Made by a program: the position numbers and the translations under genes. Shown piece after piece: positions 10,526-20,027 of a DNA stretch of 64,000 nt (position 1 is the first letter of the stretch; every line of letters starts with the position of its first letter). Below the pieces are notes generated by a model. It was given only the letters and a program-made list of their open reading frames with translations. It was not told the origin of the DNA and did no database searches. The stretch comes from Candidatus Peregrinibacteria bacterium (GTDB lineage: Bacteria; Patescibacteriota; Gracilibacteria; UBA1369): the NCBI GenBank assembly GCA_963708185.1, contig OY970195.1, forward strand, positions 416,001-480,000, read 5' to 3'.

Positions 10526-10903
10526 ATGAGAAGTGTCAACAAAGTCCTCTTAATGGGGCACCTGGCTACCCAGCCGGAAATGAAAATGACCACCGGCGGT
10601 CATACCGTCACGACGTTCAAAGTCGCCACCAATCGTGACTGGGTGAACAAAGACGGCGAAACGAAGCCCAATGCCGATTTCCACAAGATCGTGGCCTGGC
10701 GCAAACTCGGCGAGGCCTGCGGTGAATATCTCAAAAAAGGTTCCGGGGTCTACGTGGAAGGCCATCTTTCCAGTCATCACTTCAAGGATAAGGAGGGTAA
10801 TAATCGAAAATCCACAGAGATCATTGCCGATGTCGTGAATTTTATCAGCATTAAGAAGTCCAAGGACGCCGATGAAGTCACACTGGTGGATGTTCCGGCA
10901 TAA
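10526..10903 (+). CDS. ssb: Single-stranded DNA-binding protein
   Basis: SVNKVLLMGHL, VATNR.W, FHKIVAW, YLKKGSGVYVEG. Confidence 0.93.
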   Translation: MRSVNKVLLMGHLATQPEMKMTTGGHTVTTFKVATNRDWVNKDGETKPNADFHKIVAWRKLGEACGEYLKKGSGVYVEGHLSSHHFKDKEGNNRKSTEIIADVVNFISIKKSKDADEVTLVDVPA

Positions 10904-10963
10904 GGACGTTTACTTCAACCATGGGGTCGACTACAATGTGGATAAGTTTTTTTCGCCGACTCC

Positions 10964-11878
10964 ATGGTTTTGAGTGTTGTCATCCCGACGTTTAATCGCG
11001 CGGCCATTCTTCAGGAATGTCTCGACGCGGTTTTGCATCAGGATCTTCCTCATAATGATTATGAGATCATCGTCGTTGATGACGGGAGCACTGACGAGAC
11101 GCTCAAGGTTTTGGAACGCTATGCCGCCAAGCATAAAAATGTACGATCTTTTCGGCAAAAAAATCAGGGGCAGGGGATTGCGAGAAATCTCGGCATCGAA
11201 CACGCACAGGGCAATATTGTGGTGATGATCGGCGACGATATCATCGTCAAGGAAAGTTTTTTGAGCGAGCATCTCCGTTACCATCTGAGGCATGGAAAAG
11301 AAAACGAGGCGGTACTGGGATTGACGCTCTGGCATCCTAAACTCCACATCACTCCTTTCATGAAGTGGCTGACGAACGGATCCACGGTTTTCGGAAGGTT
11401 CGGCGGGCACCAGTTCGCTTACGAGAAACTGGAGGGGAAAACGGAAGCCGATTACAATTTTTTCTACACTTCCAACATTTCGTTGAAGCGTTCACTGCTG
11501 GACAAGTACCCTTTCGATCCCTCCTTTTCAGGGTACGGATGGGAGGATATTGAGTTAGGATACCGGCTTTATCTCCGTGAGGGCCTGAAACTTTATTACA
11601 ATCCCGATGCCGTCGGGTACCACGATCACGTCATGACCGAAGCCAGCCTTGAAGACAGGATGCGCAATATTGGCAGATCCGCCTGGATTTTCCATAAGCG
11701 ATATCCGGAACTGCATAAGGTTCCCGGAACACTGAAGAGGTTCGTTTTTCATCTCCTGTCTTTCCCCCTCGTCGTCCGTTTTTTCAAGCTTGTGAATCAT
11801 AATTTTTACTATTACTGCCTTTCCAAAAAGTATTTTTTGCTGGGTTTGAAAGAAGGGGCCGGGGCGATAAAACGATAA
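10964..11878 (+). CDS. Glycosyltransferase family 2
   Basis: SVVIPTFNR, VVDDGSTD, ARNLG, GDD, GWEDIELGYRL. Confidence 0.93.
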   Translation: MVLSVVIPTFNRAAILQECLDAVLHQDLPHNDYEIIVVDDGSTDETLKVLERYAAKHKNVRSFRQKNQGQGIARNLGIEHAQGNIVVMIGDDIIVKESFLSEHLRYHLRHGKENEAVLGLTLWHPKLHITPFMKWLTNGSTVFGRFGGHQFAYEKLEGKTEADYNFFYTSNISLKRSLLDKYPFDPSFSGYGWEDIELGYRLYLREGLKLYYNPDAVGYHDHVMTEASLEDRMRNIGRSAWIFHKRYPELHKVPGTLKRFVFHLLSFPLVVRFFKLVNHNFYYYCLSKKYFLLGLKEGAGAIKR

Positions 11879-11937
11879 AAGCTTTTGTTTCTCCCGAAAA
11901 TTTTTTATAATGAGAGAAGTTTTTGTCCTTTTGATTT

Positions 11938-13386
11938 ATGCATTTCAAACGATTCATTGCTTCCGCACTCGTCGCCACCATGGGGATGGGATTGTTATCG
12001 GGTTGCGTCAAGAAAGACCAGCCGGTTGTTCAGAAAACGCAAAAGGTAAATCTCGTCTATTACAGCCTTTTTGATAATGAAGATGTCATGCAGCCGCTCA
12101 TTCAGCAGTATTCGGCCCAACATCCCAACGTCACCATCACGTATCGAAAATTCACCGATCCGGTTGAATACATGAATTTGATCATCAATGAACTTGCTGA
12201 GGGACAAGGGCCTGATATTTTCTCGGCGCCGAACTATTGGTTTTTGAGGAACGTCCGTAAAATTTCTCCGTTGCCAACGGCGACTTTTTCACCGCAGCAG
12301 TTTGAACAGACCTTTGTGAGCGTGGCCAATGACGACCTTGTCCTGCGTGATCCCACCGACGGCCTGAGTAAGGTTTACGGCATTCCGCTGTACGTCGATA
12401 CACTCGCGCTTTACTACAATAAAGCCGCTTACGATGACAAGATTCCTTCACAGGGGAAACCGGCCGCTACGTGGGAAGGCCTCAAGGACGATGTTTTCAA
12501 GCTGACCAAGACGGACAACAGTTTCGAGCGTTTTCAGGTGGCCGGCATCGCCATGGGCAGAGCCGATAACATTGCCCGTGCTGTCGATATTCTTTATTTA
12601 CTGTTGCTCCAGTACAAGACGCGTTTCTACAACGACAATATTTCCAAGACGGCTTTCGTGAACCAGCAGGTCACGACGGCAACCGGGCTGCTCATCAATC
12701 CGGCTTCGGAAGCTTTGCGTCTGTACACCAGTTTCGCCCTCCCAACGAACAAGAACTATTCATGGAACGATTATCTTTCGAGCCCCGATTCTCCGGTAAA
12801 GGAAATGGAAACTTTCGCCAAGGGCAAGGTGGTTATGATTTTCGGGTATTCTTACCTTTACGAACAGATCAAAGCCGAGATCAAAGACCTTCAGAGTAAA
12901 GGCGTCCAGACGATCGATCCCAATGACATCCGCGTCAGCGTCGTTCCGCAAGTCAACGATCCTGCGACATCGACCGAACCGCGCGTGGCCTATGCCAACT
13001 ATTATGCAGACACCGTCGCCAGAACTTCACAGCATCCCGATGAGGCTTGGGATTTTCTCCTGTTCCTGAGTTCAAAGGCTAATCTGACCTACTACAATTC
13101 CAAAACACATGAGCCTTCGAGCCGCCGCGATATGATCGAAGACCAGAAGAAAGATCCGGTGTACGGGGTGTTCGCAGAACAGACCGGATACGCCAAGAGC
13201 CTGCCCGTCTATGATTACGACCGTTACGTGACGATCTTTTCGCAGGCGATCACCAATGTTCTTGCTACCACTTCACCTGAAGATGCCATGAGGAACGCAG
13301 CTTCGGCCATCGACTCCCTGCTGCCGGCGACAGGACTTATACCGGCACTGCCCAAATCGGCATCGACTCAACAAAGTTCTCAGTAA
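11938..13386 (+). CDS. Extracellular solute-binding lipoprotein (sugar SBP family 1)
   Basis: Lipobox LLSGC, GPDIF, GIPLYVDTLALYYNK, AWDFL. Confidence 0.87.
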   Translation: MHFKRFIASALVATMGMGLLSGCVKKDQPVVQKTQKVNLVYYSLFDNEDVMQPLIQQYSAQHPNVTITYRKFTDPVEYMNLIINELAEGQGPDIFSAPNYWFLRNVRKISPLPTATFSPQQFEQTFVSVANDDLVLRDPTDGLSKVYGIPLYVDTLALYYNKAAYDDKIPSQGKPAATWEGLKDDVFKLTKTDNSFERFQVAGIAMGRADNIARAVDILYLLLLQYKTRFYNDNISKTAFVNQQVTTATGLLINPASEALRLYTSFALPTNKNYSWNDYLSSPDSPVKEMETFAKGKVVMIFGYSYLYEQIKAEIKDLQSKGVQTIDPNDIRVSVVPQVNDPATSTEPRVAYANYYADTVARTSQHPDEAWDFLLFLSSKANLTYYNSKTHEPSSRRDMIEDQKKDPVYGVFAEQTGYAKSLPVYDYDRYVTIFSQAITNVLATTSPEDAMRNAASAIDSLLPATGLIPALPKSASTQQSSQ

Positions 13387-13400
13387 TCCCAACAAGACAA

Positions 13401-14762
13401 ATGGTGACTTTCTTGCGACAAGCTCGAACATCTTGGGCACACTTTTGCAAAACGCTTACCTTTCTCAAAGTCAGCAGGTTTTTCCTGGCGCTTTTTCTCC
13501 TGACGTTTTTCTTCCAGGTTCGTTCTTTGCTCTATGCCGTTCCGGTTTACCAGAGCGGAGAGTTCGATTTCTATTCGTCGTTCTTTTTGTATTTCAGTGA
13601 TATCTGTTTTTTTCTGGCGTTTATTTCATGGGGAATGAGCTTGTGGAAAGAGGAAGGAGAGTGGCATTTCCATCTCGGGGACGACATGCTCAGTTTTATT
13701 TTGCTTGCCTTGTTGCTCGTGATGATCGGCAATATTTTTTTGGTGCCGCGGACCGAGCTCCAGTTTTTTGCCATGTTCCGGTTCGCGGAACTGTTGCTGC
13801 TTTATCTTATGGTGGTGAACAGGGTTCTGCGCCAGGAACAGATCGTGTTCTATCTCTTGTTCGGACTTTGTTTTCAGGGGCTGCTGGCGTTGTATCAATA
13901 TGTGCTTCAGCAATCGGTGGGATTGACGTTCTTGGGCGAGGCATCAGTCAATACGTCGACGCTTGGGGTCGCGAAAATCGACCTCGGCAACCAGCAGATT
14001 TTGAGGGCTTTCGGAACGCTCCCGCACGCCAATGTGCTTGGCGGGGTCATGTTCATGGGGATCATCTATAGCGTAGCGCTCATAAAAAAGTACCGTTGGT
14101 TCATCGCCGGGGTTTTGTGGCTGCTGGCGATGGGTTTGCTTTTTTCTTTTTCGAGGAGCGCTTTTTTCGCGCTGATCGCCGCCTTTCTGGTTTACATATC
14201 GATTCAGAACAGTAAGATCGTGATGAAGTACATGGTTCTTGCCATGAGTTTTCTGTTGTTTTTTATCGTCGTTTTTGGACTTGAGAACGTCGTCGTCAAC
14301 CGGCTGATGTTCGAAGATCAGGCTTCGACGGTCGAGCGCACGATGTACCTGAAGATCGGAATGGATATGCTTTATGCCCAACCTCTCGGAGTCGGGCTTG
14401 GAGGGTTCACGCTGCAAATGCAGGACTATACGACTACCAAACTCACGCCGTGGCTGTTCCAGCCCGTCCACAATATTTTTCTTCTGATGGCCGATGAGTC
14501 CGGTCTGGTGGGAGGTGCGCTTTTTCTCGCTTTATTCTGCTACAGTTTTTACCGACTTCTGAGGATCATCAAACATCAAAAAACGCCGGAAAACCGTTTT
14601 TCGGTCACACTTCTGTTGTCGATGCTCGCCGGCATTATCGTCATAGGCATTTTCGATCATTACTTCGTGACGATCTATCAGGCCCAGGTGATGCTTTTTA
14701 TTTACTTCGGGTTTGTGAGCAGTTTGCTGAGCAGCGAGCGGTTGCCTGCGAGGAATTCCTGA
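13401..14762 (+). CDS. O-antigen ligase (Wzy_C) family membrane protein
   Basis: RAFGTLPHANVLG, SFSRSA, GVGLGGF, PVHNIFLL, FDHY; about 12 TMs. Confidence 0.88.
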   Translation: MVTFLRQARTSWAHFCKTLTFLKVSRFFLALFLLTFFFQVRSLLYAVPVYQSGEFDFYSSFFLYFSDICFFLAFISWGMSLWKEEGEWHFHLGDDMLSFILLALLLVMIGNIFLVPRTELQFFAMFRFAELLLLYLMVVNRVLRQEQIVFYLLFGLCFQGLLALYQYVLQQSVGLTFLGEASVNTSTLGVAKIDLGNQQILRAFGTLPHANVLGGVMFMGIIYSVALIKKYRWFIAGVLWLLAMGLLFSFSRSAFFALIAAFLVYISIQNSKIVMKYMVLAMSFLLFFIVVFGLENVVVNRLMFEDQASTVERTMYLKIGMDMLYAQPLGVGLGGFTLQMQDYTTTKLTPWLFQPVHNIFLLMADESGLVGGALFLALFCYSFYRLLRIIKHQKTPENRFSVTLLLSMLAGIIVIGIFDHYFVTIYQAQVMLFIYFGFVSSLLSSERLPARNS

Positions 14763-15655
14763 ACCGTCATGGCATTTTTGCCTTCGATCTGGATTTTTTC
14801 CGGAATGATTGATCCCTTTTTGGTTCCGATGGCGATGGAACTTTTTGAGAGTTCCCTGAAAGCTCCCGGTTGGAGCTGAAGGTTTTCGTCCACTTTCGCT
14901 TCAAGGATTTTGAACCGTTTGCCGTCGAGAAAAAAGTAGACGGACGGCCATGGGGTGTAGGCCCGGATTTTGTTGTGGATTTCAAGGGCCGTCGATGTTT
15001 TCAAGTCAATGAGACCATCCTCTTTGGTTATCTTGTGGCAGAATGTTGCTTTGCCCTCGTCTTGCGGGATTGGATGGATTTCGTCTTCAGCGAGGTCTTT
15101 CAGGACGTAGGGAAGGAGTTTTCCGCCGAGAAGGCTGAGTTTCGTCGTAAGCGTTTCAGCGTTGTCAGACGTTTCGATTTTGAGTTTGGCGACGTCGAGA
15201 ATGTCTCCGGCATCAAGCTTTTGGACCATTTTCATGATGGTCACGCCGGTTTCTTCGTCTCCGTTGAGGAGGCTCGCCTCGATCGGTGATGCCCCGCGGT
15301 ATTTGGGAAGCAGGGAGGCGTGGACGTTGACGGCTCCGTATGCAGGGAGCTGAAGAATTTTTTGCGGAAGGATTTTTCCGTATGCCACGACGACGATGAT
15401 GTCCGGCTTGAGGTTGCTGAGGAGCAGGATGAATTCATCGTTGGTGACGTCGGGCGGTTGGAAAACCGGGACGTTGTATTTTTGCGCGAGTTGTTTGACC
15501 GGAGGTGGGGTAAGTTCCTGCTTGCGTCCGATTTTTTTATCCTCCTGGGTGACGGCCGCGAGGACTTCGAAGTCTTCATCCTTTAGCAGTCCCTGGAGTG
15601 ATGGAAGGGCGAAATCCGGCGTCCCCATGAAGATAATTTTGATTTTTTTATGCAT
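14702..15655 (-). CDS. fmt: Methionyl-tRNA formyltransferase
   Basis: IIFMGTPDFA, NVHASLLPKYRGASPI, LDAGD, PWP; start could instead be 15679/15682. Confidence 0.97.
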   Translation of the reverse strand: MHKKIKIIFMGTPDFALPSLQGLLKDEDFEVLAAVTQEDKKIGRKQELTPPPVKQLAQKYNVPVFQPPDVTNDEFILLLSNLKPDIIVVVAYGKILPQKILQLPAYGAVNVHASLLPKYRGASPIEASLLNGDEETGVTIMKMVQKLDAGDILDVAKLKIETSDNAETLTTKLSLLGGKLLPYVLKDLAEDEIHPIPQDEGKATFCHKITKEDGLIDLKTSTALEIHNKIRAYTPWPSVYFFLDGKRFKILEAKVDENLQLQPGAFRELSKSSIAIGTKKGSIIPEKIQIEGKNAMTVQEFLAGNRSLLSKLLTNPK

Positions 15656-15774
15656 ATCGTTGCTGTTGGTCTTTGCCATCATAGCAGATTCCGGCATGAC
15701 AGGATATTCCGCCAAAATAACTTGCAAAAATATCGATCTTTCTGTAGTATCCCTCTCTAATAACAACCGCAAGA

Positions 15775-16797
15775 ATGCAGGAAAAATTCCTACAAGCCAA
15801 GAGACTTATCGAAAAGGCGCAAAAAATCCTTTCGATTTCGCATAAGCGGCCCGACGGGGATACGCTCGGTGCTTCCTGCGCTTTGCACCTTGCTTTGCAG
15901 CAATGGGGGAAGCAGGTGGACATGGCCTGCATCGACGAGATTCCTGAAAGATTCAGCTTTCTCGCTGACATGAACAAGGTCATTCACGAGTTTAATTTCC
16001 GTGATTACGATTTGATCATCGTTTCCGATGCGGGCGCTTCCTATATGACGCGTTACCACGAAGTCTATCCCGATATCTTCAAAGGGGACGTTCCTGTCAT
16101 CAATTTTGATCATCACGCTTCAAACGATAATTTCGGTACGCTCAATATCGTCGACGCGGCCTGCCCGGCGACGACGGTTTTGCTGAACAGGGTTTTTGAA
16201 GCCTGGGGCGTTCAGATCACTCCGGCCATTGCTACTGCTTTGCTTTGCGGCATTTACAACGATACCGGAAGCCTGATGCATTCCAATACGACCATCGAGG
16301 TGTTCGAAGTCTCGGGTAAGCTTATGGAAAAAGGTGGAAAACTTACCACGGTCGCGAAGAAACTTTTCCGAACGACACCAGTTTCAACTCTTAAACTGTG
16401 GGGAAGGGTTTTGGAAAATGCCCATGTCAACGAAGAAGGCGTGACCGTTTCCGTCGTAACATGGAAGGATTTCCTGGAATGTGGAGCCGGCCCGGACGAG
16501 ATATCCGGGGTCGTGGATTTCCTGAATTCCGTGCCTGGATCGAAATTCACGGTTTTACTCAATGAAGACGCACATGGGAACATAAAGGGTTCTTTCCGGA
16601 CTCAGCGTGAAGACGTGGACGTAGCGGCTCTTGCCGCGCAGTTCGGCGGCGGTGGGCATCGCAAGGCCGCAGGGTTCACCATGCCGGGTCGTCTCCATAA
16701 AGAGGTTCACTGGAAAATCGTTCCGCAGCATCAGCATATCGAAGGAGATGATATCGTTTCGTTCCAACTTCCGAAGCTTGAAAAACAGTCGTCGTAA
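15775..16797 (+). CDS. nrnA: DHH/DHHA1 phosphoesterase (nanoRNase NrnA)
   Basis: SHKRPDGDTLG, DHH, DTG, GGGGHRKAAG. Confidence 0.92.
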   Translation: MQEKFLQAKRLIEKAQKILSISHKRPDGDTLGASCALHLALQQWGKQVDMACIDEIPERFSFLADMNKVIHEFNFRDYDLIIVSDAGASYMTRYHEVYPDIFKGDVPVINFDHHASNDNFGTLNIVDAACPATTVLLNRVFEAWGVQITPAIATALLCGIYNDTGSLMHSNTTIEVFEVSGKLMEKGGKLTTVAKKLFRTTPVSTLKLWGRVLENAHVNEEGVTVSVVTWKDFLECGAGPDEISGVVDFLNSVPGSKFTVLLNEDAHGNIKGSFRTQREDVDVAALAAQFGGGGHRKAAGFTMPGRLHKEVHWKIVPQHQHIEGDDIVSFQLPKLEKQSS

Positions 16798-16818
16798 GGT
16801 ATAATAAACAAGCTTTTT

Positions 16819-17820
16819 GTGTTGTTTATGAGTTTTCGGCGTATTGTTGCTTCATTACTGGTTTTTTTCTTCGTCATCGTCTCATTGCTCACGTTCGTTG
16901 TCTTCGGTGTGAGCAGAACTTTTCTCGATCCGCAGTTTTACGTGGACACCGTTTCTCCTCCCGCCTACGAGCTTTTGTTGAACGCGGTAGCTTCAAAGAT
17001 TTACGCCAAGGATCCCGTCATCCAGAAACATTTCAAAGAAGAAGATATCCGTAAGATTGTCGGTGAGACGATTTCTCTGGATTTTTTCAAAGGGAGCATG
17101 CAGGATTTCGCCAATGATTTCCAGCAGGTCAAAACCCAGCCGGATCATCCGTTGACGTTCGATTTGAAACCTTACAAGAGCAGCCTCGAAAGCATCGCCC
17201 AGCGTCTGGCCATTCATATTTTTCAGGCGCTTCCAGCCTGTAAAACAAATGAACTCCCGGAGTTTAACGAGGAAGGCATTGCGACCTGCGTTCCGGACGG
17301 AACCAATTACGACGTTGTCGCCGGACCTTTGTCCAAGCAGTTTGAATTGAGCGTTCTGAACGCACTTCCCGATACCATGGACCTGACGCTTGCTCATGAT
17401 GAGAACGGCTCGGTCTTCACCTTTATTTTGGGTTCCACCGAAACCGCGAGGTTTTACGGCATCGCCGCACTGATGTTTTTGATCGTCATCATCGCTTTTG
17501 TTTTGTACCGTCCGTTTACGATGATCGTGCGCTACGAAGGGATGGCTTTTTTGTTCAGCGGGTTTCTGGGCTTTTTGATGAGCCTTGCCTTCAACGAAGT
17601 GCCGTTGTGGCTTGTCCAGACCTACAGTGCGAAAAATGTAGACGTGGTCAATGTTTTAGGAGGCGACCTCGTCTTGGTAAAATATGCCCAGCAGATTTTT
17701 TCAGTCTTTACGGGAGAGGTCCAGAAGATCGCTTTTGTCTTCCTGGCGCTCGGCGTCATCCTGTTGGGGGTTTATTTTATCTTCTTGAGAAAATACACCA
17801 AGGAAGTAACGGAGGATTAA
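16819..17820 (+). CDS. Hypothetical membrane protein
   Basis: N-terminal TM, extracellular domain with LPAC...CVP Cys pair, three C-terminal TMs. Confidence 0.75.
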   Translation: MLFMSFRRIVASLLVFFFVIVSLLTFVVFGVSRTFLDPQFYVDTVSPPAYELLLNAVASKIYAKDPVIQKHFKEEDIRKIVGETISLDFFKGSMQDFANDFQQVKTQPDHPLTFDLKPYKSSLESIAQRLAIHIFQALPACKTNELPEFNEEGIATCVPDGTNYDVVAGPLSKQFELSVLNALPDTMDLTLAHDENGSVFTFILGSTETARFYGIAALMFLIVIIAFVLYRPFTMIVRYEGMAFLFSGFLGFLMSLAFNEVPLWLVQTYSAKNVDVVNVLGGDLVLVKYAQQIFSVFTGEVQKIAFVFLALGVILLGVYFIFLRKYTKEVTED

Positions 17821-17823
17821 TCT

Positions 17824-18387
17824 ATGGACCGACTGTCCCAGCTCGGCGAAATCATCAGGGCCTGCAAAGCATGTCCTCTTTATAAAGGTACCACTCACGC
17901 CGTTCCGGGGAACGGCAGTCCGAAGGCGAAAGTTTTTTTTATCGGTGAAGCTCCGGGTCGCAACGAGGATCTCCAGGGGGAACCGTTCGTGGGGGCTGCG
18001 GGAAAGTTTTTGAATACCATGTTGGAAAGTATCGGTTTGGAACGAAAAGATGTTTTTATCACCAGCATCATCAAGCATCGTCCGCCGGAAAACCGCGACC
18101 CGAAACCTTCGGAAATCAAAGCGTGCGCTCCGTATTTGATGGAACAGCTGAAAATCATCAAGCCGAAAATTATTGTTTTGCTCGGCCGACACGCCATGGG
18201 TTGGTTTTTCCCGGGACTCGTTATTTCCGAAGCTCACGGAGTTCCTCAACAAGGAACAGGAATCTGGTCAAAATCGCCGCAACTTTTTTTGCCGCTTTAC
18301 CATCCGGCGGCGGCTTTGTATAATCCAAACATGAAGAAGGTCCATCTGAAGGATTTCAGGAAGATTTCCGAGCTTTTAAAACAATGA
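17824..18387 (+). CDS. Uracil-DNA glycosylase family 4
   Basis: C..C.L, GEAPG..ED..GEPFVGAAG, RPPENRDP, YHPAA. Confidence 0.95.
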   Translation: MDRLSQLGEIIRACKACPLYKGTTHAVPGNGSPKAKVFFIGEAPGRNEDLQGEPFVGAAGKFLNTMLESIGLERKDVFITSIIKHRPPENRDPKPSEIKACAPYLMEQLKIIKPKIIVLLGRHAMGWFFPGLVISEAHGVPQQGTGIWSKSPQLFLPLYHPAAALYNPNMKKVHLKDFRKISELLKQ

Positions 18388-18767
18388 GTATGTCTCACAA
18401 CCGTTATTTGACCATCATTGCCGCCGCCGGCGTCCTGAGTTGGGTCGCCTGGATCGTCGTGTTGAATAAGCTTGATCCGTTTGAATCCACGGGGCTTGCT
18501 TTGGGTTTGTTTTTTATCAGTCTGTTTTTTGCTTTGACCTGTACTTTCACGGTTGCCGGGTATTACTTCCGGGTTTGGCTGAACAAGAACGAGATTTTTT
18601 ACAGCCATATCAACGTGGCGTTCCGTCAGGGGATTTTGCTGACGTTGATTGCCGTGGGATGTTTGTTGTTCCAGCTTCTGGGTGTTCTGACCTGGTGGTC
18701 GGGTCTTCTTTTTATCGGAGCCGTGACTCTTGTGGAGTTTTATTTCATGGCGAAAGAGGAAGCGTAG
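18384..18767 (+). CDS. Conserved hypothetical 4-TM membrane protein
   Basis: Four hydrophobic segments; DP and FRQG motifs resemble a CPR-conserved family. Confidence 0.78.
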   Translation: MSMSHNRYLTIIAAAGVLSWVAWIVVLNKLDPFESTGLALGLFFISLFFALTCTFTVAGYYFRVWLNKNEIFYSHINVAFRQGILLTLIAVGCLLFQLLGVLTWWSGLLFIGAVTLVEFYFMAKEEA

Positions 18768-18812
18768 TTTTGCGTGAGCTGCGCTCTTGTTTTTTTGGGA
18801 TGAGTTTTTTGG

Positions 18813-18952
18813 ATAAGGGAAACAGGCGCTTCGTCTTTGTCCGTGAACCGATCCGTGAGGATGGTTCGTGGAACGAACGAAACGCCTGTCTCTACCTTGT
18901 TGCTTGTTGAATGTACAGCGCATGGAGTCCGCAACGGCGCACCATACGCTGT
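18813..18952 (-). other. Structured 3' trailer of GC-rich cassette 1 (two long hairpins)
   Basis: 16-bp stem 18819-18834/18877-18892 (two G-U on minus strand) and an 11-bp stem within 18915-18952 (one G-U). Confidence 0.7.
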
Positions 18953-18958
18953 TGACCG

Positions 18959-19507
18959 TCACGGCCCGCCGCTTGCGAAGACGGCCGGATTGCCGACCTG
19001 GGTGAGGTCGATGCGAACCGGGACCATCTTGGTCCCGTTGTGCGGCTTGGGCGTGGGCGGTGCGGTCGCGGGGGCGACGGCGGAGTCCGCGGGCTTGCCG
19101 CAATTGTCGGGACAGGGGATGTTGACCGTGATGGCGCTCGGGATGGCCGGCGCCTGCACGATCTGCTGAGGGACGCAGCGTTTCTTGCTGTTGTCCCAGA
19201 GCGTCCCGTCTCCGCAGGACTCGGGGGTCGGCTCTGCAGCGGTTTTCGTCGGATCCGCGTTGTTCGCCATGGGGGCGGACGTCGAGGCCGTCGTCGTCGA
19301 TGCGGTGCTCTTGGAAGAGCCTCCACGGAAGAGGTAGTACCCTCCGACGAGGAGCCCCAGGACCGCGAGCACTCCGAGAACCGCAGGCCACCGGCTCTTC
19401 TTGGGTGCCGGGGTTCCGAACAGGCCTTGCTGAGGGCCGGGGGGCGGGTTCGAGGGACTATTGCCCGGGTTCGTGGGCGGTGCGGGAGGCGGGTTCGAAT
19501 TCGACAT
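18959..19507 (-). CDS. GC-rich Pro/Thr-rich single-pass membrane protein with a Cys motif (CGDGTLWDNSKKRCV)
   Basis: 182-aa ORF, strong SD AAAGGAG, high GC3, one TM (WPAVLGVLAVLGLLVGGYYLF). Confidence 0.82.
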   Translation of the reverse strand: MSNSNPPPAPPTNPGNSPSNPPPGPQQGLFGTPAPKKSRWPAVLGVLAVLGLLVGGYYLFRGGSSKSTASTTTASTSAPMANNADPTKTAAEPTPESCGDGTLWDNSKKRCVPQQIVQAPAIPSAITVNIPCPDNCGKPADSAVAPATAPPTPKPHNGTKMVPVRIDLTQVGNPAVFASGGP

Positions 19508-19957
19508 GCTAAACTCCTTTGCGCCGAAGCGCGTTTCTGATGAGACGCGCCACCATGGCGCATGCGTCGTTTGTTAGCAGCACCCAAAGGGTGCGTACTC
19601 CTGCCGAGGTAGACGCGAAAACCTCTGGGCATTGTACCAAACTGCGTCAACAACTTCCCAAGCCTAGAAACTTGTTCAAAACCCAAAGAAATTGTCAGCG
19701 GCAGCCCAGTGCACTGCCCAGAGATGCGCGTCCTAAAATAAGCAACAAAGCAGAGAGAGTATCTGCCTTTCGTAATCGTCCGTGCCATGGCCTTTTTAAG
19801 GGTCTTAGCCGGACCATCATCGCTGAAGGCAGGTTGCTCTCTGCTTGTTTTGATCTTGTTGTCAATGAGCTCGATCAACACGGTTTGAGCGCCCCGAAGT
19901 TCTTTTGGGTCGCCATAACAGTGAAAGAACAGCCTTTCTGACCTATTACAGGAAAGG
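19508..19957 (-). ncRNA. Candidate ~450-nt highly structured 5' leader RNA
   Basis: Lies between the promoter and the SD; irregular ~120-nt hairpins at 19612-19732 (many G-U on minus strand) and ~19737-19860, plus several small stems. Confidence 0.55.
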
Positions 19958-19962
19958 GTGTA

Positions 19963-19991
19963 ACTATACCAAAAAAAGGAGTTTTTGTCAA
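19963..19991 (-). promoter_or_regulatory. sigma70 promoter TTGACA-N17-TATAGT (extended -10 TG)
   Basis: Near-consensus boxes with exact 17-nt spacer. Confidence 0.8.
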
Positions 19992-20027
19992 TACTCTTTG
20001 GAGTGTTTTTCCGGTACGGTGGAAAGT

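Noticed and set aside
18813-18958. Integron attC site after the GC-rich gene
   Set aside because: An RYYYAAC (ATTCAAC) is present but there is no matching GTTRRRY at the far end of the hairpin and no integrase in the window.
19508-19957. RNase P, tmRNA or 6S identity for the structured region
   Set aside because: No GAGGAAAGUCC, no tRNA-like ends and no clear 6S central bubble by eye; a covariance search is still needed.
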